Of a stretch of 64,000 nucleotides of DNA, positions 9,342-17,950 are shown in pieces; position 1 is the first letter of the stretch; every line of letters starts with the position of its first letter. The translations under genes and the position numbers were made by a program. The DNA lies in the NCBI GenBank assembly GCA_965242865.1, contig CBDETK010000013.1, positions 5,280,001 to 5,344,000 of the forward strand, given 5' to 3'. The notes below the pieces were generated by a model that was not told where the DNA came from, ran no database searches, and saw only the letters and a program-made list of their open reading frames with translations. The DNA comes from Candidatus Latescibacterota bacterium. GTDB lineage: Bacteria; Latescibacterota; UBA2968; UBA8231.

Positions 9342-10390
9342 GGGCGTCCCTCGCGGTTGGCGCGCGAGCGCGGCGTCAGGTCGAAGTAAGTCTGGTGGCC
9401 CGAGAAAAAGCGCGCTAATTCATCGACCATGAGGCGGAAAAAGTGCGGGTACGCGTCGCCGGTGCGCCCGGAAAAGTGCGGGGTCAAAAACACGTTGGGC
9501 AGGCCGATAATCTCGCTGTCGGCCGGGATCGGCTCCGGGTCAAAGACATCGAAGCCGGCCGCAATGTCGCCGCGCTTGAGCCGCTCGATCAGGGCGGCGG
9601 AGTCGAAGATGGGGCCGCGCGAGACATTGACCAAAGCCGCTCCCGCCGGAATGAGCTCCAACTCGCCGCGGCCAATCATGCCCCTAGTCTGCGGGGTCAG
9701 CGGCGCGACGCAGACAATGGCATCGCAGTGCGACAGCACGTTGTCCAGCGACGTTTGCAAAAAGCCCAGCGCCTCGGCCAACTCCGGCGGCAGGTACGGA
9801 TCGCAAACCCACAACTCGACCTCAAAGGGCTGCAACAGCTTCATCAGCCGCCGCCCCAAGTGGCCGCCGCCGATCAACCCCACCCGCTTGCCGGTGAGCA
9901 TGCCGGCCATCGGCTCCATGGTGGAGCGGTCTTGGGTATTCCCCGCGAGGATGCGGCGGAAGAGCGCGCCGGCGTTGCGCATGGCAATTAGGGTCAGGGC
10001 CAAGGCCCACTCGGCCACCGGATAGGACGAGCCATTCGTCGTATCCACGGTGCGGATGCCCCGCGCCCATGCCGCGTCTAGGTCGATGCGCGTGGCAAAG
10101 CGATCGCCTTCCAACTCGCCGATAAAACCCAGTTGCGGGGCGGCTTCCAAAACGGCCGGCCCAATCCTCGGAGCGCCGTGGCAGACGACGAGCGCATCCA
10201 CCGCGTCCATTTCCTGGGCCAACTGCGCGGTGGCCGCGGCGTCTTCGCTGGCGCGGTAAATGTTGCCGCCCTCGCAGGCAAACCACGCCCAGTCGGCCAC
10301 TTGCTCTAGGCGCGTTAGCTCCTCGGGCGGCAGGTAGCCATGGCGCACCCGCTCGCTGCAGGCGATGAGTACTTGCGGACGATTTTCCAT
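9338..10390 (-). CDS. D-isomer-specific 2-hydroxyacid dehydrogenase family
   Basis: GLIGGGHLG, NVSRG, DVFDPEP and TPHFSG motifs. Confidence 0.9.
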   Translation of the reverse strand: MENRPQVLIACSERVRHGYLPPEELTRLEQVADWAWFACEGGNIYRASEDAAATAQLAQEMDAVDALVVCHGAPRIGPAVLEAAPQLGFIGELEGDRFATRIDLDAAWARGIRTVDTTNGSSYPVAEWALALTLIAMRNAGALFRRILAGNTQDRSTMEPMAGMLTGKRVGLIGGGHLGRRLMKLLQPFEVELWVCDPYLPPELAEALGFLQTSLDNVLSHCDAIVCVAPLTPQTRGMIGRGELELIPAGAALVNVSRGPIFDSAALIERLKRGDIAAGFDVFDPEPIPADSEIIGLPNVFLTPHFSGRTGDAYPHFFRLMVDELARFFSGHQTYFDLTPRSRANREGRP

Positions 10391-10415
10391 AGATTTCTCC
10401 TAAATTTAGACCTAG

Positions 10416-12047
10416 CTAAAAGAAGTACCAATACACCGCGCCATACACCAACAGCAATCCCGCCGCTCCCAGCCAGTACACCCGATCCTGCGACCGGCTC
10501 GGCCTCCACGCCCAGTCCCCTTGCTTTGAAAGCACCGGCCCCTCGTCGCCAAACGCAAAGCTAAAGCCAAACAGCAACGCACTCGACGCCGCAAAAACGA
10601 CAAAGGCCGCGTGGAGGAAGTGCATCTCCAAAAAGGCCCAGCCGAGGCCGGCGTCGCCGCAGACGAGCCGGTGGATGGTCGCCGAGTCATTGGCCAGCCA
10701 CAACAAGACGCCCAAGAGCGACCCGGCGATGAGGGTGGCAAAGGCCGCTTTGCGCGTGGGCCGCTGCGACAGGACGCCCCACAAGAAGCAGGCCGCGACC
10801 GCCCCGGGTATGTACGAGGCAAATTTGGCCAGATACTCGTAGAGGAAGCGGAACTGCGGAATGACCACGATCGCCCACAACACCCCGATGGCGACCGCGA
10901 CGCCCGCCAAGACGCGCCCGGCCCACACCAAGCGCTGCTGAGTCGCTGCCGGCCGATAGGGCCGATACCAATCCATGGCAAACAGGCCCGAGGCCGCGCA
11001 AATCTCCGAGTCCAACGAGCTCATCAGGGCCGCGATCAGCCCGGCCAACACCAAGCCCACCAACCCGGTCGGCAGCAGGGTTTGCACCATCGCCGGATAG
11101 AGCTGATCCGGGCTGGCCACTTCGAGCAGCGGCTGCGGCCCCTGCGCCATGACGTACCCTATCAGCCCGGGAATCAAAACGATAAAGACCGCGACCACCT
11201 TGAGCAGCCCGGCCAACAGCCCGCCCATGCGCGCCTCGTGGACGCTGCGGGCCGCCAAGGCGCGCTGCACCATGACGTGACTGGTCGCACCAAAGGCCAA
11301 GGCGTGTACCGTCAGGCCCAGCACCACGCCGGTCCAAGGCACGTTGGGGTGATCGAGCGGCTGCACCAGCGACAGCATGTCCCAATCGCCGGTCCCTTGC
11401 AACGCCTGCATCCGGGCCTCAAAAGCACCCCAGCCTCCCAGATAATCCAAGCCCACATAGAGCATGGCCGCGCCCCCGACCACCAGCAGCAAGCACTGGA
11501 CAAAGTCCGTCAAGATGACGGTGCGCAGCCCCCCGGCCATGGCGTATGGGCCGACCACCAGTGCCAAAATTAGCACCCCCGGCACAATCGACTCAAAGCC
11601 AAAGATCACCTCCATCACCCGCCCGCCGGCGTATAGGGAACCGGGGATGCCGGCAAAGGCAATGGTCACGAGGGTGATAAAAGAAAAGAAGCGGCGGCTT
11701 TCCGGGCCGTAGCGTCGCTCCAAAAACTCCGGGGTGGTGTAAAGCCCCAGCCGCATGTATATCGGCAGGAAAACCGCTCCCATCGCCACGAAGGCCAAGA
11801 CGCCGGCGAGCTGGTAATTGGCGACCGCCAAGCCGACGACAAAGGCCAAGCCCGCTTGGCCGACGAACTGCTCGGCCGAAATGTTGGTGGCAAACAGGGA
11901 CGCGCCGACAAAGGGCCAGCGCATATTGCGTCCCGCGAGAAAAAAGTCGCTCGCGCCGCGGACCCGGCGGCTGCTCGCCACCGCAATGGCGACGACCGAG
12001 ATCAGAAAGGCCGCGATGATCGCCCCATCGAGCGCGGAAATGTTCAT
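10416..12047 (-). CDS. Sodium:solute symporter (SSS/SLC5) family
   Basis: [49 protein letters not shown]; many TM helices. Confidence 0.95.
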   Translation of the reverse strand: MNISALDGAIIAAFLISVVAIAVASSRRVRGASDFFLAGRNMRWPFVGASLFATNISAEQFVGQAGLAFVVGLAVANYQLAGVLAFVAMGAVFLPIYMRLGLYTTPEFLERRYGPESRRFFSFITLVTIAFAGIPGSLYAGGRVMEVIFGFESIVPGVLILALVVGPYAMAGGLRTVILTDFVQCLLLVVGGAAMLYVGLDYLGGWGAFEARMQALQGTGDWDMLSLVQPLDHPNVPWTGVVLGLTVHALAFGATSHVMVQRALAARSVHEARMGGLLAGLLKVVAVFIVLIPGLIGYVMAQGPQPLLEVASPDQLYPAMVQTLLPTGLVGLVLAGLIAALMSSLDSEICAASGLFAMDWYRPYRPAATQQRLVWAGRVLAGVAVAIGVLWAIVVIPQFRFLYEYLAKFASYIPGAVAACFLWGVLSQRPTRKAAFATLIAGSLLGVLLWLANDSATIHRLVCGDAGLGWAFLEMHFLHAAFVVFAASSALLFGFSFAFGDEGPVLSKQGDWAWRPSRSQDRVYWLGAAGLLLVYGAVYWYFF

Positions 12048-12072
12048 TGGAACCGCCTAAAGGAGTCAGCAA

Positions 12073-12104
12073 AGCGGTGTCGGCGCGCTTGGGCCGACAC
12101 CGCT
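12073..12104 (-). terminator. 12-bp perfect-stem hairpin after the secreted CBM9-like gene (terminator or mRNA stabiliser)
   Basis: agcggtgtcggc ... gccgacaccgct; only a short U tract on the minus strand. Confidence 0.55.
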
Positions 12105-12115
12105 CGCTTCACCCC

Positions 12116-13045
12116 TCACTCCAACTGGCCCTGCAAGTGGCTCTTGATCCGCCCCCACGAGTTGTCCTGCACGGACGTCGGGCCGTCGGTGCCCAAGCCG
12201 ATCCAGTCGGGCATCTGATCGCCCTTTTGGTCTTGCGCGGCGGCCGATCCCAAGGGCAGTAAGTTGTGCCGGAACGGCGACGCTTCATCCGAGGCCACCG
12301 GCTCGCGGTCGTTGAACTTGGGGCCTATGTGGACCACCTGATTTTCCGCGAACACATGGCGCACACTCTCCTCGGGCGTCGTCGCATAGCTGTCCCACAG
12401 GGCGCAGCGGAACTCCATGGTCCACGTGACATTGGTCGAGCCGTGCCCGGCCCCGGACGGCAGCAGGGTCCAGCCCACCTCGAACCAAGGCGTGGGCTCG
12501 CCGTTGAACACATCCGAGCTCCAGCCGATCGCCGGCAGGTCGATGTATTCGAGTTGGCTGTTGTACGCCACCGGCTGGCCCGGCCCTGGATTGATGCGGA
12601 GGTGGTAGCGTTGGCCATTGAGCACGTGGTCCAAGTTTTCGCCCAAGAAGTCGCCGCCCGAGTGATCGGCATCAAACGTGATCTGGATGATGTCGTCCGA
12701 CCACCAGCGCTTTTGATCGGATTCGAGCAGCTTGAGCGTGTCGTCGGTCACCACCGCATAGAAGTAGAGCCGATTGTCCGGCGGCGCGCTCCACGCCATC
12801 CAGAAGGCCACGTCGATATCGTCGCGCGAAATCTCCTCGCCTTGCTGGCCAAACATCTGCTCGGTGGTGATGGCAAACTCCTCTTGGTCGAGCCAGCCCC
12901 AGTCGTCGGCTTTGCCGTCCATGACCATAGCGGCGGGATCGGGCACTTGCGGATAAAAATACTCGACCCCCACGTGCCCCCAAGCGGTCGCACTGACGAG
13001 GAGCGCCAAGGCCCCTCCCAACAGGATCTGTGCATGCGTTTTCAT
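12116..13045 (-). CDS. Secreted CBM9/DOMON-like protein with C-terminal SWGRIK tail
   Basis: Signal peptide; MDGKADDW, NRLYFYAVVTDD and DDIIQITFDAD resemble CBM9-like domains; paralog of 57080..57985. Confidence 0.6.
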   Translation of the reverse strand: MKTHAQILLGGALALLVSATAWGHVGVEYFYPQVPDPAAMVMDGKADDWGWLDQEEFAITTEQMFGQQGEEISRDDIDVAFWMAWSAPPDNRLYFYAVVTDDTLKLLESDQKRWWSDDIIQITFDADHSGGDFLGENLDHVLNGQRYHLRINPGPGQPVAYNSQLEYIDLPAIGWSSDVFNGEPTPWFEVGWTLLPSGAGHGSTNVTWTMEFRCALWDSYATTPEESVRHVFAENQVVHIGPKFNDREPVASDEASPFRHNLLPLGSAAAQDQKGDQMPDWIGLGTDGPTSVQDNSWGRIKSHLQGQLE

Positions 13046-13142
13046 GCGATTTTCCTCGTTTTAGAGTAAAACAACTCGACAAAAAGCACCTCGCTCGCCT
13101 TGCCAAAGCCCCTCCTTTCTCGGCGCGCAGTGGAAACGCTGG

Positions 13143-14426
13143 TTAATGAGCGCATATCCATCGCAAGCGGTCAAGTGCGTCCTGCTGATTTTCTGGCAAC
13201 CCCTTGAGTACCTTCATCAACCGCTGGACGCTATCCGCGGGATTCGCGACATCGAATGGCAGGCATATCAAGAGCGGGCCATTGAAGAAGCGGTAGTACA
13301 GTTCCGTCGTGAAGCTACGGGTTCGCGGGTAGATCAGCGCCACCGCGTCACACCGGTAGCGCGTACCGTAGGCGTAGAGCTGATACATATCGGCTTGGTC
13401 AATCCCGTGCTTTGAATCGGCACCGGGCACTTCGATGGCTTTCCATTTGGCGTCGAGAATGAACGCGACGCGCCCTCTATCCATGAGCGAGATATCGGGC
13501 TTCATCGTGAATACTTCCTCGCCGTCAATTTCCGCCAACGGCTTTTGCGGACCCTGAGCGACCACGTCGTAGTCTTTCTGGTAACGGCGAAAACTGTGCG
13601 TGACAAAGTCCTCAAACACTTGCTCCATGGGAAACAGCAGCGACAGATTCGCGTGAGGTCCAGAAAACGTGGTTAGTCCCTCGTTGAACAGAAAAAGGCC
13701 GACCCATTGCATCACCCACCCGTAGTGCTGCATGGAGCGGTCAACGTGGTGCTTCTGCCAGTCGGCATATAGGTTGGTCGCTTGCGGAACGTCGGCAAAC
13801 GCCGCGGTCAACTGGCGGAGCAGTTGTCGGTTCGCGCCGCTCCGCACCCCGGCCGCGATCTTGATCAGCGCACTGTGGATCAGGCGATTGGCAGGCCGAT
13901 TGACGCTTAACTCGTCATGCGCGACGTAGAACCGCGCTTGGTTGGTCAAGTTCTCGCGTATTTGCTCGCGAAAGAGGAGCCGTCCCCGGAGGCACAGCAG
14001 GTTCTCCTCCACCGAGACGTAGCGCCGGGCGAGACCGTTGTGGGCGAGCGCGTTCAGGTTGGCGAGAAACTGGCGCACGAAGATGTCGAGCATGGGGAAT
14101 CGCGGCGTGGCGCGAATGCTGCTTTCGGGCAATCCCTTCTCCCCAACCCCCAGCCGACGCCAGCACCGCAGCATCCGCAGGAACGTTTGCCTCGTCTTCT
14201 CGTGGTCGGGGTCTGCTGTGCCGCCGAGGTCGATCTTCGGGAGGATTTCCACTACCATGCCACGCTTCGTGGTGATGACACCAACGTAGTTGCTCGCGGC
14301 CAGGTCGCCATCCCTGCGTTTGAGCACCTTGCCCGCGAACTCCTCTAGATAGGTCACATCCTCCTTGCTCAACGAAGGGCCGACAGCCAATTTCTCGTGC
14401 TCCCGGACCGTGAGGACGCCGCGCAT
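13143..14426 (-). CDS. mcrC: McrC family restriction endonuclease subunit
   Basis: NYVGVI, VEILPKI, LFPMEQVFEDFV, MKPDI...ILDAKWK, DMYQLYAY. The ATG at 14426 overlaps the mcrB stop. Confidence 0.9.
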   Translation of the reverse strand: MRGVLTVREHEKLAVGPSLSKEDVTYLEEFAGKVLKRRDGDLAASNYVGVITTKRGMVVEILPKIDLGGTADPDHEKTRQTFLRMLRCWRRLGVGEKGLPESSIRATPRFPMLDIFVRQFLANLNALAHNGLARRYVSVEENLLCLRGRLLFREQIRENLTNQARFYVAHDELSVNRPANRLIHSALIKIAAGVRSGANRQLLRQLTAAFADVPQATNLYADWQKHHVDRSMQHYGWVMQWVGLFLFNEGLTTFSGPHANLSLLFPMEQVFEDFVTHSFRRYQKDYDVVAQGPQKPLAEIDGEEVFTMKPDISLMDRGRVAFILDAKWKAIEVPGADSKHGIDQADMYQLYAYGTRYRCDAVALIYPRTRSFTTELYYRFFNGPLLICLPFDVANPADSVQRLMKVLKGLPENQQDALDRLRWICAH

Positions 14427-16471
14427 CAGGAGTCTTTCGCGTAGATCTTGCAGTACTGCTCGGAGTCCTTCCATGCCGAGTCGCCGTCAGGCAACCGCTC
14501 GTAAACGGCTTGATCTTCGTCCGCCAAATCCGCCAAATTCAGGCCCTTGACGTTCCTCTTTTTGACAAAGGCGTTATGGCCCAAGATCGCCTTTATCTTC
14601 GTCCAATCGTCGAAGAAGTACTCCTGCAGCAGAGGAAATATCTGGTTCTGGAACGCTTTCGATAACCCACCTATCTCATCCACCTCCAACAGGTATGTGT
14701 GTCCGATCTGGTGCTCCCGATCGAGCAGAACCGCGATGCGTTCATTCATGGTCTCGAGCATCGCCGCGCAATCAATGCCGTCAATGTCTCGGCAAATGCC
14801 CTTGTGTTCCGGGTCCGGCATCATCTCGATAAAGGCGAAGCGTCTTCGCAACGCAGTGTCGAGCAACTGAATGGAGCGGTCTGCCGTGTTCATCGTGCCA
14901 ATAATGTACAAATTGTCCGGGACGCCAAACTCATCTTGCGAATAAGGCAACGTGACGCGGGTCTCGTCCTTTTTGCCGATACGCCGGGAGTCCTCAACCA
15001 GCGTGATTAGCTCGCCGAAGATCTTCGCGATGTTGCCCCGATTTATTTCGTCAATGATCAGAACGAATCCCTCATCCCGTCGATCCTTGGCCGCTTCCAC
15101 GATGCGCTTGAAAATTCCCTCGTGGACCTCGTAGGCGAGATTGTTTTCTCCTCCCAACACGGGCCTAATGCCTTCGATGAAATCCTCGTAGGCGAAGTTC
15201 TGGTGAAAAGTCACCATTGCTATCTGGCCTTGCTCTTTCAATTCATCAAATCGTCCCTTGACCTTTTTGCGGTCTTCACGTTCAATTTCCTCCAAATTTT
15301 TGCCCTCAATAATTGCCAGCGCACGATAGACGGTGTTCCATGTCTTGCCGGTTCCCGGCGGGCCGTAGAGGATCTGGTTGAGCGGGTGTTTTGTTTCCAC
15401 AGAACCATTTTCAGGAGATGGTTCTTCTTCGATCTTTCCGCGGTTTTCCAGCCGATCGAGTAGCTCAAACGTCGAAGCATACGTTTGGCGAAATAAGTCG
15501 ATAGTGGGTTTATGGGCGCGAGAAAACCCAATCCTAGGCGCACTCGCTGATAGTGTTGCTTTTGTCTTGTTTAGCCATAACACATGTAATCGATGCTCCT
15601 CATCGAATTCGCCTTGGTAGTCGTTCTCATAGATGATTCCAATACCGCGGCCCTTCCATTGTCCGGTTCTGACGAGGATGACATCTCCAATTTTCGGTTG
15701 ATCAAGGGGATACTTCTTTTCTTCCCCGGGTCCTCCGGTGTAAACATGATTGTTCGATGTGAAATCGGCCCAATAATCGTCACCGTCGTTATACACATTT
15801 GTACTGACTTGGAAGCAAGTATCTGCATGAACAACCAACTCGCCTGACGATTGTAGATAGGCAAACAAGTTGGCCTCATAGAGATGGCACCCAGGCAATC
15901 CGGTCTTTACTCGGTCAATTAGTTGTCGATAGTGCTCCCAACTGATTTTGTTGGGAACCGAATCAAAGAAACCCAGAGAGTTCGTGTGGTCATCAATGGG
16001 GAAAAAGACTTCAGGATTGATGAGAAAGAGAACTTGTGTCAATTTCGCGGTCGCGACGTTGTCTATCCTCAGCGCACTTTCAAAATCACGGGGGTTGACC
16101 AAGCCGAATCCTGATACAGCATCCCGGAACAATCTCCAAAGCAACGATGGTTCGCCGCGAAAGAGAGCAGTGCGTGCTGGCGGCGTGGGGAATATGAACG
16201 CATTGTCGGAGTCAGGATCAAGCTCCCGACCCATGGCGAAAGTGCTGGCGATACTCGGATATATCCGCCTCCTGCTCGCCGGGGATGAGCTTCGGCTCGC
16301 AAGGGTGTAGAAAAACGACAACGGATCGATGTTCCGCAGCAACGCCGGTTCTCTGTCTCCGCTTCCCCACGGAACCGTCTTCACTCTTTCAATCAAGTAC
16401 TGTTCGCCGCCTTCGGCAATTTTCTCCGCGAGTTCCTTGAACCACGGCACCCAGTCGTATATCTCTTTCAT
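14426..16471 (-). CDS. mcrB: McrB family AAA+ GTPase
   Basis: GPPGTGKT, IIDEINRGN, MNTADRS, ALRRRF, IGHTY, PLLQEYF. Confidence 0.92.
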   Translation of the reverse strand: MKEIYDWVPWFKELAEKIAEGGEQYLIERVKTVPWGSGDREPALLRNIDPLSFFYTLASRSSSPASRRRIYPSIASTFAMGRELDPDSDNAFIFPTPPARTALFRGEPSLLWRLFRDAVSGFGLVNPRDFESALRIDNVATAKLTQVLFLINPEVFFPIDDHTNSLGFFDSVPNKISWEHYRQLIDRVKTGLPGCHLYEANLFAYLQSSGELVVHADTCFQVSTNVYNDGDDYWADFTSNNHVYTGGPGEEKKYPLDQPKIGDVILVRTGQWKGRGIGIIYENDYQGEFDEEHRLHVLWLNKTKATLSASAPRIGFSRAHKPTIDLFRQTYASTFELLDRLENRGKIEEEPSPENGSVETKHPLNQILYGPPGTGKTWNTVYRALAIIEGKNLEEIEREDRKKVKGRFDELKEQGQIAMVTFHQNFAYEDFIEGIRPVLGGENNLAYEVHEGIFKRIVEAAKDRRDEGFVLIIDEINRGNIAKIFGELITLVEDSRRIGKKDETRVTLPYSQDEFGVPDNLYIIGTMNTADRSIQLLDTALRRRFAFIEMMPDPEHKGICRDIDGIDCAAMLETMNERIAVLLDREHQIGHTYLLEVDEIGGLSKAFQNQIFPLLQEYFFDDWTKIKAILGHNAFVKKRNVKGLNLADLADEDQAVYERLPDGDSAWKDSEQYCKIYAKDS

Positions 16472-16521
16472 TGGACTATTTCCTTTTCAATGACAAAAAT
16501 CTCTCGGTTTCGATCTCCGGC

Positions 16522-17322
16522 TCACAAAGCGACTCGATACCGTCTTGGATCGTCAACATTTGGATCAACCGCGATGCGACCAGCGACCAAAGGCTGGAAA
16601 TCCTCGCCGCTCATCGGCTCGTGCTTTTTCCAGCGGCCACGCATTTCAATCAAAACGCGCTGCCTTGACGGCGCGGGCATGGGATTGACGCGCACTACTT
16701 TCGCTGTGTAGTCATTGGGGCCTTCGGCCATCGCCCGGACCAAGTCGCTCACGAGATAGCGCGGCGTCCAGCCGATCATACAGTAGTCCGTCGTCTGGAG
16801 TTGCACGGCCAGCTTGGTCGCCGGATTGGTCAATTCGAGGGTTACGTACAGCTCTTCTTCTGGCTTGAGTTCATCGATCCGCTCTTGAGCCGCTTTACTT
16901 ACCCGTTGCCAACTGTGTAGGAAGAATCGACAGGTAAAATATCCGTCGGCGTCCTTTTCGAGTTTGGGGAATACCTCGTAGGCGTCCGTGACGCGCGTGC
17001 CGCCATTGACCGATAGAATTTCGACAGGAGTCGCGTCCTCCGAGAGATCGAGGCAGCGCAGGTAATCCAAGCGGTCCGGCCTTCCCTTTGCCATGACGCG
17101 ATTCCTGAACAACGCAAACAACTCTGAGGAACGGTAATCGCTATCTAACCAAGGAAAATCGATCAATGGAGAAAATCCAATTTCCCTTTCTGCGCGTTTC
17201 GCACCGCCGATATAGCGGAAGCGATAAAGCGACGGCTCGACATCCAACCTGCCCACCGGAAACCACGGTCGGCCTTCTGTTCTTCTATCCTGCCATGCCA
17301 AGAACAAGGTTTTCGTACTCAT
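16522..17322 (-). CDS. HIRAN-type protein with HipA-N-like N-terminal region
   Basis: ATG 17322 with AAGGAG RBS. LFLAWQD..WFPVGRL..YRFRY..LF..F.NRV..RPD N-terminus; ELTNP..A..IGWTPRYL..VVRVNP C-terminus. Confidence 0.65.
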   Translation of the reverse strand: MSTKTLFLAWQDRRTEGRPWFPVGRLDVEPSLYRFRYIGGAKRAEREIGFSPLIDFPWLDSDYRSSELFALFRNRVMAKGRPDRLDYLRCLDLSEDATPVEILSVNGGTRVTDAYEVFPKLEKDADGYFTCRFFLHSWQRVSKAAQERIDELKPEEELYVTLELTNPATKLAVQLQTTDYCMIGWTPRYLVSDLVRAMAEGPNDYTAKVVRVNPMPAPSRQRVLIEMRGRWKKHEPMSGEDFQPLVAGRIAVDPNVDDPRRYRVAL

Positions 17323-17932
17323 CGAAAAATCTCCTTTAGCTGGTTTATCGAGTAGTTCTCGTCCTAGCGAGGTCGCGTGATCAAAAGATGGTGCCACAAA
17401 TCCCCTCAAGCTATAATCTTGGCGTCGGAGAAGCAGACCCCAATTCTCGTGATGACGATCCGTATTGCCAATCAGCGCATCTAACACCATGTAACTCCGC
17501 AAGAATACGTTTCGCTCGGCTCGCAGCTTCAGGATTGGCAAAAACGCGGTCCATTCCTGCAAAGATATTCGCCAGCGTATGCTGCGATTGGTGGAATTTT
17601 TTCTTGGGATCGTAATCGCCAACGGTCCACCCCAATACTTGGTTGCCGTGATATAACGCCCTGCCGCCGCGGGCAAAAGATTTTGTCGTCGAACCACGCC
17701 CTCCTTCAAACCCTGCCAATTCCACCTTCGCGTGTCTAACTCCGATCACAGACGCAACTTCCGCGGCAATTTTCTCTGACCAGTGTTCCCCGGTGTCTGG
17801 ACGAGGATACTTGAAGAGCCATCTTACTTCGCCATCAGGATCGCGATACCAAAACTTCGTCTTGGTTCCCATATCTTCCCGGTCGATGACCCATTCCGGT
17901 TTCACTTCAACGATGCGATACAGGTCTGCCAT
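17323..17932 (-). pseudogene. HipA/CtkA-like Ser/Thr kinase, frameshifted and C-terminally truncated
   Basis: GTKTKFW, LFKYPR, EHWSEKIA in one frame; LDALIGNTDRHHENWG..APSFDH in another. Extra base near 17493; the frame runs into the next gene soon after SLGRELLD. Confidence 0.75.
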
Positions 17933-17950
17933 AAATGGATAGCTGCTACT

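Noticed and set aside
8049-9389. Long antisense ORFs (also 18461..19708, 32519..33883, 47787..49313, 52600..54060, 55117..56526)
   Set aside because: Shadow ORFs expected in high-GC DNA opposite well-supported genes; no motifs.
16522-17709. 395-aa ORF as a genuine kinase-HIRAN fusion
   Set aside because: Its N-terminus is off-frame kinase sequence, and an internal RBS and ATG at 17322 mark the real second gene.
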